Of a stretch of DNA of 64,000 nt, positions 42,931 through 52,922 are shown one piece after another (position 1 is the first letter of the stretch; each line of letters opens with the position of its first letter). The notes under the pieces are model-generated. The model was not told the DNA's origin. It searched no databases and saw only the letters and a program-made list of their open reading frames with translations. The DNA lies in the NCBI RefSeq assembly GCF_000027125.1, contig NC_017626.1; one strand, written 5' to 3'. The position numbers were made by a program, and so were the translations under genes. This DNA comes from Escherichia coli 042. Its GTDB lineage: Bacteria > Pseudomonadota > Gammaproteobacteria > Enterobacterales > Enterobacteriaceae.

Positions 42931-44313
42931 TTAGTTCTGCACTTCTTGAGAGGTGAATTGTTGCTGGCAACGGCGTTTGCCCTGGGCCAGCTGTTCCATA
43001 ACGGTTTTCAGATTGTGCGTCGTGAGTGAGTAGTAGCGTTTAGCGATAATCGCGCTCAGCAAATAACAGATCGCCGGAACAATCGTGAATAGCGCAATAA
43101 TGATGCTAATCGTGGCGCTGTTCTGCGCTTTTTCTGCCGCATCATATCCGCCATAAGCCAGCATCCAGCCGATAAGAGCGCCGCCGAAGGCCAACCCCAG
43201 TTTGAGCACAAACAGCGTGCCAGCAAAACTGATCCCGGTCAGGCGTTTACCATTGCACCACTCGCCGTAGTCGACGGTATCGGACATCATTACCCACTGG
43301 ATAGGTGTCACCAGTTGATGCAACACACCAATCACGAAGATGAAGACAAACATAGTGATGCTGGCCTGCATGGGAACAAAGAACATCGCGAGGCTAATCA
43401 CTGCCAGCAGGGCGTTCGTCCACCAGAAGATAGTGACTTTACATTTCCAGTCGGTCAGCGGTTTCGCCAGTGCGGAACCAATCAGGTTACCCACGCAATA
43501 AGTGGTAAGAAAAGCGACAAACACTTCCGGCGTACCCAAAATCCATGTGACGTAATACATCATCGCCCCGCCGCGTACGCACACCGCCAGGATATTGAAA
43601 ATGGTCAGTAAACCGACAATCCGCCACTGGTCGTTTTGCCAGATATCACGTAAATCTTCCCGCATAGACGTCGTTGTAGGTGGTGCTTCAACGCGTTCTT
43701 TAGTGGTGAAGAAACAAAATGCCAGCATCATAAATGCCACCACGGAAAGGACCGCGATACCGCCCTGGAAACCGAGTGGTTTATTATCACCACCAATTAA
43801 ATTAACCAGCGGCATCATCAGCACAGTAGAGAGCATGCCTCCCGCGGTCGCCAGCACAAAACGCCAGGATTGCAGCGAGATACGCTGAGTCGGGTCATTG
43901 GTGATTACACCACCCAATGCGCAGTAAGGGATATTAACGACAGTATAAAGTAAGGTAAGTAGGGTGTAAGTAATTGCTGCATAAATCATTTTTCCGTTCA
44001 TACTGAGATCTGGCGTGCTATAGGCCAGTACACAGACGATCCCGAATGGTAGTGCGCCAAACAGTACCCATGGACGAAATTTACCCCAGCGAGAGCGCGT
44101 TCGATCGGCCAACAACCCCATGCAAGGATCGGAAATCGCATCCAGTGCACGAGCGACCAAAAACATGGTTCCGACAAATCCGGCAGGAATGCCAAAAATA
44201 TCGGTATAAAAGAACATCATATATAACATTACGTTATCGAAAATAATGTGGCTGGCGGCGTCTCCCATGCCATAACCAATTTTCTCTTTAACGGACAACA
44301 CTTCACTCTTCAT
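42931..44313 (-). CDS. yicJ: GPH-family sugar:cation symporter
   Basis: ORF 42931..44370; start placed at MKSEVLSVKEKIGYGMGDAASH; co-directional with yicI. Confidence 0.85.
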   Translation of the reverse strand: MKSEVLSVKEKIGYGMGDAASHIIFDNVMLYMMFFYTDIFGIPAGFVGTMFLVARALDAISDPCMGLLADRTRSRWGKFRPWVLFGALPFGIVCVLAYSTPDLSMNGKMIYAAITYTLLTLLYTVVNIPYCALGGVITNDPTQRISLQSWRFVLATAGGMLSTVLMMPLVNLIGGDNKPLGFQGGIAVLSVVAFMMLAFCFFTTKERVEAPPTTTSMREDLRDIWQNDQWRIVGLLTIFNILAVCVRGGAMMYYVTWILGTPEVFVAFLTTYCVGNLIGSALAKPLTDWKCKVTIFWWTNALLAVISLAMFFVPMQASITMFVFIFVIGVLHQLVTPIQWVMMSDTVDYGEWCNGKRLTGISFAGTLFVLKLGLAFGGALIGWMLAYGGYDAAEKAQNSATISIIIALFTIVPAICYLLSAIIAKRYYSLTTHNLKTVMEQLAQGKRRCQQQFTSQEVQN

Positions 44314-44605
44314 CTGCTTTTCCTTGATGCTATAGGGGTGCTGAGACCGATAACGCATTTTGTAAACCATCCCTGTGAGAGCGAATATTCCGATATCTGG
44401 TTATTAATTTATGATTCTTGTTTTATGTGATCGTGGTAGCGTAAATTACGCTCATATATCATTGTAAAGTATGGGTTTTATATGAACTATAATGCTTTCG
44501 TGATAATACGCTGCGTGTATTAGGCGGAAAAAACTGATCTGGGGGATGTAGAAACTCAAGGAAGTAGCTATAATGCGCCCCGCCTCCATGTAGCAATCGA
44601 GGCGC

Positions 44606-44700
44606 GGAAGATCGTCGTCTCCGGTGAGGCGGCTGGACTTCAAATCCAGTTGGGGCCGCCAGCGGTCCCGGGCAGGTTCGACTCCTGTGATCTTCCGCCA
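44606..44700 (+). tRNA. selC: tRNA-Sec (selenocysteine, anticodon UCA)
   Basis: 95-nt ggaagatcgtcgtctccggtgaggcggctggacttcaaatccagttggggccgccagcggtcccgggcaggttcgactcctgtgatcttccgcca; long extra arm; anticodon loop cTTCAaa. Confidence 0.95.
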
Positions 44701-44702
44701 AA
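44680..44702. repeat. attL core (3' end of selC)
   Basis: gactcctgtgatcttccgccaaa, repeated exactly at 55733..55755. Confidence 0.8.
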
Positions 44703-44862
44703 CTTCATCCAGCCAGTTCCGAGATGATCCATAAAACCATTTATATTCAATATGATGAATAATCATCTTATCCGTAACAGTCCGAGATCGTCTCCCTAAA
44801 TCCGCGAAAAATATGTATAGTAATGTGTATAGATTTTTTATAAGTAGTTTTCAGTTATACAC

Positions 44863-46044
44863 ATGGCTCTCACCGATATACAGATCAAACGTGCAAAACC
44901 ACAAGACAAGCCATACACATTGAACGATGGACAAGGTCTGTCATTGCTTATCAATCCCGATGGCTCGAAAGGCTGGCGTTTCCGTTTCCGGTTTGCAGGG
45001 AAAGCGCGGTTAATGTCATTTGGCAGCTACGATTTAGTAAGCCTCGCAGAAGCACGTGAGAAGCGTGATATCGCCCGTAAGCAGGTTGCTAATGGCATTG
45101 ACCCGGTAGAGGAACGCAAAGCTTTAAGACTCGCCCAAAAGCTATCAACAGAAAATTCTTTCGAAGCAATATGTCGAGAATGGCATACCAACAAAGCTGA
45201 CCGCTGGACTGTGGCCTATCGAGAAGAAATCATTAAGACATTCGAGCAAGATGTCTTCCCGTTCATTGGTAAACGTCCTATCAGTGAAATCAAACCATTA
45301 GAACTGCTTGAAGTATTACGACGAATCGAAAAACGTGGAGCACTAGAGAAAACACGCAAGGTGCGTCAAAGATGCGGTGAGGTTTATCGCTATGCAATCA
45401 TAACTGGCCGTGCTGAGTACAATCCTGCACCTGATTTAGCTATCGCTCTGGCCGTTCCCAAGCAAAAACACCATCCATTTTTATCCGCTGAAGAGTTGCC
45501 TCATTTTATTCGAGATCTTGAAGCGTATACCGGTAGCATCATCACCAAAAATGCTACGAAGATAGTCATGCTGACTGGTGTAAGAACGCAGGAGATGCGC
45601 TTTGCTACGTGGGAAGAAGTAGACCTCGAAAAAGGTATATGGGAGATACCAGCGGAACGTATGAAAATGCGTAGACCTCACATTGTTCCTTTATCTACTC
45701 AGGTAGTTGACCTTTTCAAACAGCTCAAACCTATTACCGGCCATTACCCTTACATCTTTATTGGTAGGAATAACCGTAATAAACCAATCTCAAAAGAAAG
45801 TGTATCACAAGTAATTGAGTCACTCGGTTACAAAGGACGTGCTACCGGTCACGGTTTTAGACATACAATGTCGACAATTCTACATGAGCAGGGGTTTGAT
45901 AGTGCATGGATTGAGATGCAATTAGCACATGTGGACAAAAACAGTATTCGTGGGACATATAACCATGCCCAGTATCTGGAAGGCAGAAAAAAAATGATGA
46001 ATTGGTATGCTAATCATATCTTTAATATAGGGGTTCCTAAATGA
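44863..46044 (+). CDS. int: P4-type tyrosine integrase
   Basis: 393 aa MALTDIQIKRAKPQDKPYTLNDGQGLSLLINPDGSKGWRFRF; sits beside attL. Confidence 0.9.
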   Translation: MALTDIQIKRAKPQDKPYTLNDGQGLSLLINPDGSKGWRFRFRFAGKARLMSFGSYDLVSLAEAREKRDIARKQVANGIDPVEERKALRLAQKLSTENSFEAICREWHTNKADRWTVAYREEIIKTFEQDVFPFIGKRPISEIKPLELLEVLRRIEKRGALEKTRKVRQRCGEVYRYAIITGRAEYNPAPDLAIALAVPKQKHHPFLSAEELPHFIRDLEAYTGSIITKNATKIVMLTGVRTQEMRFATWEEVDLEKGIWEIPAERMKMRRPHIVPLSTQVVDLFKQLKPITGHYPYIFIGRNNRNKPISKESVSQVIESLGYKGRATGHGFRHTMSTILHEQGFDSAWIEMQLAHVDKNSIRGTYNHAQYLEGRKKMMNWYANHIFNIGVPK

Positions 46045-46179
46045 CAAACAATGTTCTTACCATACATAATCGCTTGTTTATCAACCAGTTACATTTCTAT
46101 AGAATGAATTTCACTTATATCAACTACAACGGTTGACATTTAAAAAATATTAACATTTAAAAAAAGTAGGAGCTACGCA

Positions 46180-47616
46180 ATGTGCATAGAATTAAAAAAG
46201 TTTTCAATTAAAAAATTATATGGCTATAAAGACATACATCTAATTTTCAATAAAAAAAGTACAATTATCATTGCAGAGAATGGTGCTGGCAAAACTACGC
46301 TAATCAATGCACTTAAATCCACCTTAAAAGGTGAGTTTGATGAACTAAGAAAAATCAAGTGTGAGAGTATTGATATAGAGTTTTCTGATCAAAAATTCAC
46401 ATTGAATATTGCAGCATTAAGTTATTCTGATTTTCTGAATAATGCATTGTTACCAACTAGATTTCGTGAAATCACGAAAAATCTTAATAATACACAAATT
46501 GAAGATGCATTAGCATTTCTAAGACATAAACCAGTGAAGGATGCCCGTCAGACTACATGGTACCGAAAAATGTATCATACAACTCCTTATAATTACATTG
46601 ATATCGACTCGACATTATCCGAAGTCAAAATCTTATTAAAAAATCATTATTCATCTCTTGAAAAACCTGATCTTTTCTCTGTAAATAAACCAGAACTGTC
46701 TAAAACCATCCATGCAATAGAGGAAATAAAACAGAAAACAAAAAATATTGAAATAATATATTTACCTACATACCGACGCATTGAAAAATCTACACTTCGT
46801 GATAAGTTTACTAGAGATGAAAATGAAAAATTCGTCTTTAGAGATGGAGAGATCGTCAGTATTCGCGAGGAAAGTGAAACTAACTTAAATATAGAGTTTG
46901 GTTTGTTTGATGTTGAATCAAAATTAAAAGATTTAAGCGCATCCATTGAGCGCCGTTCAAGTTTAGGCTATAGAAAGTTAAGTGCAACCATAATTGAAGA
47001 TATGATGACAGGAAAAGCCAGTGCCCCAACAAAACCTAAACTGCCATCTGTATCTGAATTATCAAGATTTTTAGGTAGGGTAGTTAATAAAGATAAGGAA
47101 AGTAATAAGAGGATAATTCAAGAAGTTACAAGCATCATGGAAAATAAAGATATGCTCGCATCAAATAATATGCTGAGTTATTTCCTATCTAAATTAAAAG
47201 CTGTCATCGACTCAACTAAAGAGCTCGAACTAAAAATAGAGAGCTTTGTTACCATTTGCAATAAATATCTACAGTTATCAGATGATTCAAAATCGCTAAA
47301 TTTTGACATTGAAACATTACAAGTTATTGTAAAAGACTTATTCACAAATAACCCCATTGAATTAGAAGATCTTTCCTCAGGCGAAAAACAAATAATTTCT
47401 TTGATGGCTCATATGTATCTTGACCATACTAAGAAAAAAATTGTTTTAATAGATGAACCAGAATTATCGCTCTCACTTGAATGGCAAGAGCATGTCCTCG
47501 TAGATATAGTGAATAGCCCTTCAGTTACTCAAATGCTTGCAATAACACATTCACCTTTTGTTTTTAATAATGAACTGAAATCCCAAGTAACATCTTTGAA
47601 AGTTATCAAGCATTGA
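46180..47616 (+). CDS. ABC-type ATPase (AAA_15/AAA_21-like), candidate AriA-like (PARIS) or AbiLi-like defense ATPase
   Basis: 478 aa; Walker A AENGAGKTTLINAL; Walker B/D-loop IVLIDEPELSLSLEW; H-loop-like AITHSP; AT-rich; SD gtaggag 8 nt upstream; in the P4 int-psu cargo slot. Confidence 0.7.
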   Translation: MCIELKKFSIKKLYGYKDIHLIFNKKSTIIIAENGAGKTTLINALKSTLKGEFDELRKIKCESIDIEFSDQKFTLNIAALSYSDFLNNALLPTRFREITKNLNNTQIEDALAFLRHKPVKDARQTTWYRKMYHTTPYNYIDIDSTLSEVKILLKNHYSSLEKPDLFSVNKPELSKTIHAIEEIKQKTKNIEIIYLPTYRRIEKSTLRDKFTRDENEKFVFRDGEIVSIREESETNLNIEFGLFDVESKLKDLSASIERRSSLGYRKLSATIIEDMMTGKASAPTKPKLPSVSELSRFLGRVVNKDKESNKRIIQEVTSIMENKDMLASNNMLSYFLSKLKAVIDSTKELELKIESFVTICNKYLQLSDDSKSLNFDIETLQVIVKDLFTNNPIELEDLSSGEKQIISLMAHMYLDHTKKKIVLIDEPELSLSLEWQEHVLVDIVNSPSVTQMLAITHSPFVFNNELKSQVTSLKVIKH

Positions 47617-47624
47617 GGATTAGA

Positions 47625-48551
47625 ATGGACGATCTTCGTTTTAATATGATGATGGATGCGATCAAAAAACCGTGTGTTTTGAGATTAAAGCTAATTAAAA
47701 ACAAAAAGGCAGGAAAGGCTTTATTTGTTTTCGAAGGTGACGATGACTATGATTTCTATCATCATGCTATAACTATTTCCGGTTTCGATAAAGAATATAC
47801 TCATATAAATGGGGCAGGAAAGAACCAATCTATTTCCCTTTATGAAGAATTATATAAAGAAAATAGTGATAATTTACAAAACACATATTTTTTTGTTGAT
47901 CAAGATTACTCTACCTTCTGTTACTCTAATAAAAACATAGTAACACTTCCATTTTATGCCATTGAGAACCCATTATCAGATGATAGAGTAATAAAACATT
48001 TTATAATCTCAACATTTAAACTTGACGAAAGGCATAGCAAAATTATAAATAGCGTTATGGGCTTTTATTCTAAGGCAAAAGCTAGCTTTTATTCTGAGAT
48101 AAAAAACATATCTATACAGCTGTATATGTCCAGAATACTTGGACTCGCGATAGAGTTTCCTTCAAACCATGAATTATTCGAAAAAATTGAAAAGGAAAAA
48201 GTCACCCTTAAAATAAATGAAATACCGGCAATTACTGATCGGTTAAAAAAAATAACAAAAGACGAAGAGAATTACTACAAAGTAATTTCCACTCTAGATA
48301 ATGACAAACTGACTAGAGGAAAGTATGTTTACTATTTTGTTAGCGAGTGGTTAATCCGCATAAAAAAATACATCAATTCAAGGATAGATAGTATAAATAA
48401 TGAAAGCGCCTTAAACTCTACCTCTTCAGTAGTGAATGAAAAAAAATTATCCAAACAACAATATGATCATACTGACCTGTCAATCGCAAGGCTTGTTCCT
48501 GCATGTATGAAAGTAAAAGAATTGGATGCTTTCTTAAAAAGGATTAATTAA
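47625..48551 (+). CDS. TOPRIM / DUF4435-like protein, candidate AriB-like (PARIS) or AbiLii-like effector
   Basis: ORF track starts at a TTG (47613); I place the start at the ATG 47625 with SD gagga 6-10 nt upstream. LFVFEGDDDYDFY and FFVDQDY fit TOPRIM Glu and DxD acidic motifs; AT-rich; separated from the upstream ATPase stop by 8 nt. Confidence 0.65.
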   Translation: MDDLRFNMMMDAIKKPCVLRLKLIKNKKAGKALFVFEGDDDYDFYHHAITISGFDKEYTHINGAGKNQSISLYEELYKENSDNLQNTYFFVDQDYSTFCYSNKNIVTLPFYAIENPLSDDRVIKHFIISTFKLDERHSKIINSVMGFYSKAKASFYSEIKNISIQLYMSRILGLAIEFPSNHELFEKIEKEKVTLKINEIPAITDRLKKITKDEENYYKVISTLDNDKLTRGKYVYYFVSEWLIRIKKYINSRIDSINNESALNSTSSVVNEKKLSKQQYDHTDLSIARLVPACMKVKELDAFLKRIN

Positions 48552-48570
48552 TAATAAAACACTGCGGGCG

Positions 48571-48589
48571 GTGCTTTCCCCGCCTCGCC
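48571..48589 (-). other. cos site (P2/P4 19-nt cohesive end)
   Basis: Reverse complement of gtgctttccccgcctcgcc is ggcgaggcggggaaagcac, the P2/P4 cohesive end as recalled; an adjacent hairpin ccgcccg-ctttgc-cgggcgg plus tttt (48589..48612) may act as a terminator. Confidence 0.7.
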
Positions 48590-48754
48590 CGCCCGCTTTG
48601 CCGGGCGGTTTTAATGCAGTTGCGCTGACACGCTCAGGCCGCGTCGGGCGCGGCGTGAGCTGCAGAAAATGAGTCAGGAAAACGCATGCAAAGCCATGCA
48701 CCTTATCGATGCATGGCTTTTTTCAGTAAAAACAGGCGGATTTTTCGGGGAGTT

Positions 48755-49327
48755 TTACACAGACTGACGTGATGCCAGTTCTGCACTTTTACGCGAAAAA
48801 ATCATGTTCTGCGCAGGGGTGAATTTTTCACGGCTGTCATCCACCGAAGCCGCGTCAGGCCTGAATCCGATGGTCGTTAAAATGTCGCTATCCTGTGCGG
48901 AATAATTAATTTTTTCCCCCTTCGCAAGCCAGGACAGAAGGGCTTCACGCAGGACATCTGTGGCACGCTGTATGGCACAGTTTCGGGCAATGGCCGTCAG
49001 CTCACTGTAGCCCATCAGCTCCGGTGCCAGTGCGGCCGCCAGTGCTGTGCCGTGCTGCTGCATAAAATCATTCAGCCGCTCGCGGATGCTGATGTGCTGA
49101 ACGGCTTCATGCGAACGAACATAACGACCGGCGGCCTGATTCACCTGCCATTTTCTGACTTCGATAATATTGCGTAATTCGTCCAGGCGACTGACGTTTC
49201 TGCCTTCCCCGGACAGAAGCCGCAGATATTCCTGTTCGGCTGCCGCCAGTTCATTTTTGCGCTGAAGCCATGCCGCTTTGTTATTCTGGCAGACCTCAAA
49301 AGCCTGCTGTAATGACATTGTGGTCAC
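48755..49327 (-). CDS. psu: Polarity suppression protein Psu (capsid decoration / Rho antagonist)
   Basis: 190 aa; MTTMSLQQAFEVCQNNKAAWLQRKNELAAAEQEYLRLL closely matches P4 Psu as recalled. Confidence 0.85.
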   Translation of the reverse strand: MTTMSLQQAFEVCQNNKAAWLQRKNELAAAEQEYLRLLSGEGRNVSRLDELRNIIEVRKWQVNQAAGRYVRSHEAVQHISIRERLNDFMQQHGTALAAALAPELMGYSELTAIARNCAIQRATDVLREALLSWLAKGEKINYSAQDSDILTTIGFRPDAASVDDSREKFTPAQNMIFSRKSAELASRQSV

Positions 49328-49341
49328 ACCCCGTCCCCTGA

Positions 49342-49587
49342 TTAATGGTTGAATGGTGAGCTGTAACAGCCTTTAACTTTTCGGACAACAGCCGGTGCTG
49401 TGCTTACCGGTGCTGGTTTTTCCTCCGTGACCGGAGAACGAATCACGGCACAAATTGACTCATGCGTTTTAAATGTCGCCGAACAGTAAATATTCTGGCA
49501 CTGCAGATAACTTTCTTTGACATTGTCACTCACATACCGGCTGGTGCGGGTATGCGCTGAATGACGACAGAAAGGGCAGCGCATCAT
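49342..49587 (-). CDS. delta: Ogr/Delta-family zinc-finger late transcription activator
   Basis: 81 aa; CPFCRHSAHTRTSRYVSDNVKESYLQCQNIYCSATF (C4 zinc finger); single-domain form. Confidence 0.8.
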   Translation of the reverse strand: MMRCPFCRHSAHTRTSRYVSDNVKESYLQCQNIYCSATFKTHESICAVIRSPVTEEKPAPVSTAPAVVRKVKGCYSSPFNH

Positions 49588-50318
49588 GACAGCAGTCCTC
49601 TGGCCTTAAGCTCTGCTCCCTGCTGGTCTATTTTGTCCTGCCACACCTTGCGCTGTGCCGGTGTGCCTGCCACCTCATAATCCATGTGCGGGAGTGTTGC
49701 CGCTGACAGTCCGGTCAGCCGGAGAACCGGCTCGCCGGTGAGGCTGATTTGCATCTGTTTTATTTTCTGTTCCAGCGATGATTTCACCTGCTGCATGACA
49801 GCCTTTTCCGGCGCGACGTAGCCCTGATGGCCGGTGGTGTTGGCGAGCGGATTTTCCTGTACCAGGATGCTCAGATGCATTGCCCGGACAAGCGCCTCAC
49901 AGGTTTCATTCAGGGCGTGTTCCAGCTCATGCTCTGCATACAGACTCAGCAGGTGATGATGTGCCTTCCGGTAGGCGGTGGCCGTGCTGTCACACGCCCC
50001 TTTCAGGCGTTCACGTTCAAAATTCAGCACCACGGCCAGATTGTCATATTCCTGTACCAGCTCCCGGCGTGCCACGCGCTCAATGTGGCGCTGTTTCAGC
50101 TCGTCGCTCAGGACACCACCGGCTGCACGAAAGGCCGTGCGCCAGTCGTCAGCGTCGTTTCCGTCGGCCTGCGCCAGCGCATTTTTTTCCTGCTCTGCCC
50201 GTTCAATGGCCGTGACGGTCTCATCCATCAGGCGGGCGTTCTCAAGATGGGCGGCTCTGGCCTTTTCCAGTTGTGCCAGCGCGGGTTGCAGATATTCAGG
50301 GATGGTGTTGTCAGACAT
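49584..50318 (-). CDS. sid: Capsid size determination protein Sid (external scaffold)
   Basis: ORF 49584..50384; start placed at MSDNTIPEYLQPALAQ (aggag SD 5 nt upstream), giving 244 aa, the length I recall for P4 Sid; position upstream of delta and psu. Confidence 0.7.
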   Translation of the reverse strand: MSDNTIPEYLQPALAQLEKARAAHLENARLMDETVTAIERAEQEKNALAQADGNDADDWRTAFRAAGGVLSDELKQRHIERVARRELVQEYDNLAVVLNFERERLKGACDSTATAYRKAHHHLLSLYAEHELEHALNETCEALVRAMHLSILVQENPLANTTGHQGYVAPEKAVMQQVKSSLEQKIKQMQISLTGEPVLRLTGLSAATLPHMDYEVAGTPAQRKVWQDKIDQQGAELKARGLLS

Positions 50319-50487
50319 TTTCCGGCTCCTCGTCACTTCAGGTTGAGAAAATTGTGACGTACACCGGACAACAACACGACGCATTGCAGATGTGCCAGCC
50401 CTGACACAGGAGACTCATCCTCAGACCGGCAAGCCAGGAAAAGGTCGCAGGAAAAACCGGCTTACTGTTTGTTTTTTTTATATTTTA

Positions 50488-50592
50488 CTGTTCACCTCTG
50501 TTCACCATAAGAAAAAAGATAAGTAATACAGTAAGTTAAAGGGTGAACAATCGCAGTAATGACTGTTCACCGTCTGTTCACCACTGTTCACC
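50488..50592. repeat. Iteron cluster (TGTTCACC / GGTGAACA), alpha-binding ori- or crr-type repeat in the sid-vis intergenic region
   Basis: At least six TGTTCACC octamers in both orientations within about 105 bp; the P4 type I iteron is TGTTCACC as recalled; which of ori or crr this set represents is not resolved. Confidence 0.6.
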
Positions 50593-50870
50593 CGTTGATG
50601 GGCTTTTTGTGCTGTTTATTACTTTTTATTTTTATTAATTCACTGAAATAAATAAGAAAAAACAATTTGTATTTCACTATAATTTTTTCCAGCTCCTTCC
50701 AGAGCGTTTTAAAGCTATCTGGCGCTGATGTACAAAAAATACACAGCCATTGTAAGGCTGCCGGAACAAATCCCCCCTGTTGCGTCTGCCGAAAATATTC
50801 ACAAAATAAAGCGCTACCCGAAGCCGGACGGACTTATCCGGTGCTGTATGGACATTAACGAGGTAGCCCG

Positions 50871-51137
50871 ATGCAAGCTGTTTTTTCTTCCCCGTCTCCC
50901 GCCCCTGTGACGCCACTGATGCCGCTGCCGGACATCACGCAGGAGCGTTTTTTACGTCTGCCGGAAGTGATGCACCTGTGCGGCCTGTCACGCTCGACCA
51001 TCTACGAACTCATCCGTAAGGGGGAATTTCCGCCGCAGGTGAGTCTTGGCGGTAAAAATGTGGCCTGGCTGCACTCTGAAGTCACCGCATGGATGGCCGG
51101 GCGCATTGCCGGACGCAAACGGGGGTACGACGCATGA
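50871..51137 (+). CDS. vis: Vis / AlpA-family regulator (P4 orf88-like)
   Basis: 88 aa; [50 protein letters not shown] (AlpA HTH). Confidence 0.75.
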   Translation: MQAVFSSPSPAPVTPLMPLPDITQERFLRLPEVMHLCGLSRSTIYELIRKGEFPPQVSLGGKNVAWLHSEVTAWMAGRIAGRKRGYDA

Positions 51138-51379
51138 TGATGCCCGCTCTGCAAAAAGTCCCTTTTTCTGGCTTGCCTTTTTCCGGCATTTGCGGATATA
51201 GTTTTTCCGCTGCCGCAAAATCGGCAGCCGGGCGTAGGAACCCGTGTAACTCGAAGGCGACATATGACGCGCCATGCGTCTTTTTTTGTGTCGCAATCAA
51301 CGCCACAGAGCGCCAGATTATGGTGTGGCGTGTGGTTTGCCGTGCAGGTATGATCCTGTTCGCAATCGCATGTTATGCC

Positions 51380-51505
51380 ACTGAGTCAATGGTAGCTCAG
51401 GCGGGGCAGCCTCCGGGCTGGCCGGTATTCTTCGAGGCCGGTATTCCTACCCCCGTCTGGGCTATCGCCATCGAGCGTAGGAACTCCGGCGATAGCAGTT
51501 ATTTG
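51380..51505 (+). ncRNA. Candidate CI/C4-type immunity RNA
   Basis: Homologous to 10600..10730 with compensatory stem changes; preceded by a hairpin plus T-run (gacgcgccatgcgtc ttttttt at about 51264-51292). Confidence 0.45.
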
Positions 51506-51526
51506 CTACTCGAAGGAGGCTGCCTT

Positions 51527-51724
51527 ATGGCTACAACCCTTACCCCCTCACACCCTGAATTTGTCTTTGTGTTTGCGGCTGTCCGTCGCGCAGACCGTCA
51601 TCCCCGTATCTGCATGCTTCGCACCGTCGCCGGTGATGAACGCAGCGCCCGCCGTTCCCTTGTCCGTGACTATGTGCTCTCCCTTGCTGCCCGTCTGCCG
51701 GTGGTGGAGGTGTCCCGTGCGTAA
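51527..51724 (+). CDS. Icd/Kil-like small protein
   Basis: 66 aa [50 protein letters not shown]...; gaaggagg SD; homologous to the island-1 ORF 10759..10953. Confidence 0.5.
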   Translation: MATTLTPSHPEFVFVFAAVRRADRHPRICMLRTVAGDERSARRSLVRDYVLSLAARLPVVEVSRA

Positions 51725-52004
51725 TAAAAAAGCCCCTCAGACCGTCTCAGCGCGTCATGACGCCCGTGAACACCTCAGCATTGAGGCTTACCATAAGCTC
51801 AACCGCGCCAGCGCCGTATCCCAGTTTGTTGGGGGTGATTTGATTCACCGTGAACTCTCCGGCCTGCATCAGCTCTACATTCCGCATATTTTCAGCTACC
51901 TGAATGAAGATATTGATTTTGTGCTGAATGAGCTGAAAGCCAAAGGCCTGTGCCGCGATTTTCTCGCCCAGCAGAAAGACCGGGGAGACAGGACGCATGT
52001 TTGA
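51717..52004 (+). CDS. Hypothetical protein (occupies the position of P4 epsilon)
   Basis: ORF track frame 51561..52004; proposed GTG start at 51717 overlapping the icd-like stop; start uncertain. Confidence 0.35.
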   Translation: MRNKKAPQTVSARHDAREHLSIEAYHKLNRASAVSQFVGGDLIHRELSGLHQLYIPHIFSYLNEDIDFVLNELKAKGLCRDFLAQQKDRGDRTHV

Positions 52005-52452
52005 TTTTCCCCAGCCCGGTGAGATTTACCGTTCTGCCGGTTTTCCCGATGTGGCCGTGGTCGGCATTCTGGAAGACGGTATTCCGTGGGAAATGCCGTA
52101 CCGCTGCCCGGACATTGTCTGGAACCCGTACCGCCGTAAATTCAGTATCCTTGTGCGTATCCTCGCTGACGGGCGCACCACAGACATCCCGCTGGGGCGT
52201 TTTCTGCGGGAATTTACCTGTGACCGTCCTGACCTGTTCAAACGCAGCCCCGTAAACCGGCATGCGGTACTGAAAGAAATGGCCGGAGACCCGGAATTAC
52301 AGAAATGGCGGGTGAAATATCTGGATATTTACCCGCAGGACCCTGTTCCGGCCAGCCGGGCGGCACCGGTGGCGCGGGAATGGCGGGAAATTCCCCGCAC
52401 GGAGCCTGACCCGGAAATCACACCGGATAACAGTTACCGCAATTATCTGTAA
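51997..52452 (+). CDS. Hypothetical protein (P4 orf151-like by position and length)
   Basis: 151-aa ORF overlapping the upstream stop; the P4 left operon has an ORF of this size, as recalled. Confidence 0.5.
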   Translation: MFDFPQPGEIYRSAGFPDVAVVGILEDGIPWEMPYRCPDIVWNPYRRKFSILVRILADGRTTDIPLGRFLREFTCDRPDLFKRSPVNRHAVLKEMAGDPELQKWRVKYLDIYPQDPVPASRAAPVAREWREIPRTEPDPEITPDNSYRNYL

Positions 52453-52587
52453 TTAAAAAACGACACCCGAAAAATTAAATGTGCGTATTCGCGCAGGGAT
52501 ACGCACGTCTTCAGGAGACGCAGATATGCCTTATCAGTTAATGCAACCGGCACAGAATGCAGTCATCTGTCACAGGGAGGAAAGCAA

Positions 52588-52908
52588 ATGAAAACACCCT
52601 TACCGCCCGTCTTACGCGCTGCCCTTTACCGTCGCGCTGTCGCCTGTGCCTGGCTGACCGTGTGCGAACGTCAGCACCGCTACCCGCATCTCACCCTTGA
52701 ATCACTGGAGGCGGCCATCGCCGCTGAGCTGGAAGGCTTTTATCTGCGCCAGCACGGTGAGGAAAAAGGGCGTCAGATAGCCTGTGCCCTGCTGGAAGAT
52801 TTAATGGAATCCGGCCCCCTGAAGGCCGCGCCGTCGCTGTCCTTTCTCGGGCTGGTTGTGATGGATGAACTCTGTGCCCGTCACATAAAAGCGCCGGTAC
52901 TGCACTGA
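52588..52908 (+). CDS. Hypothetical protein
   Basis: 106-aa ORF immediately upstream of alpha. Confidence 0.45.
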
Positions 52909-52922
52909 AGGAGAACAACACC

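Noticed and set aside
49827-50357. Plus-strand ORFs of 111-176 aa
   Set aside because: All lie inside the minus-strand sid gene and are Arg/Ala-rich; sid fits P4 synteny and length
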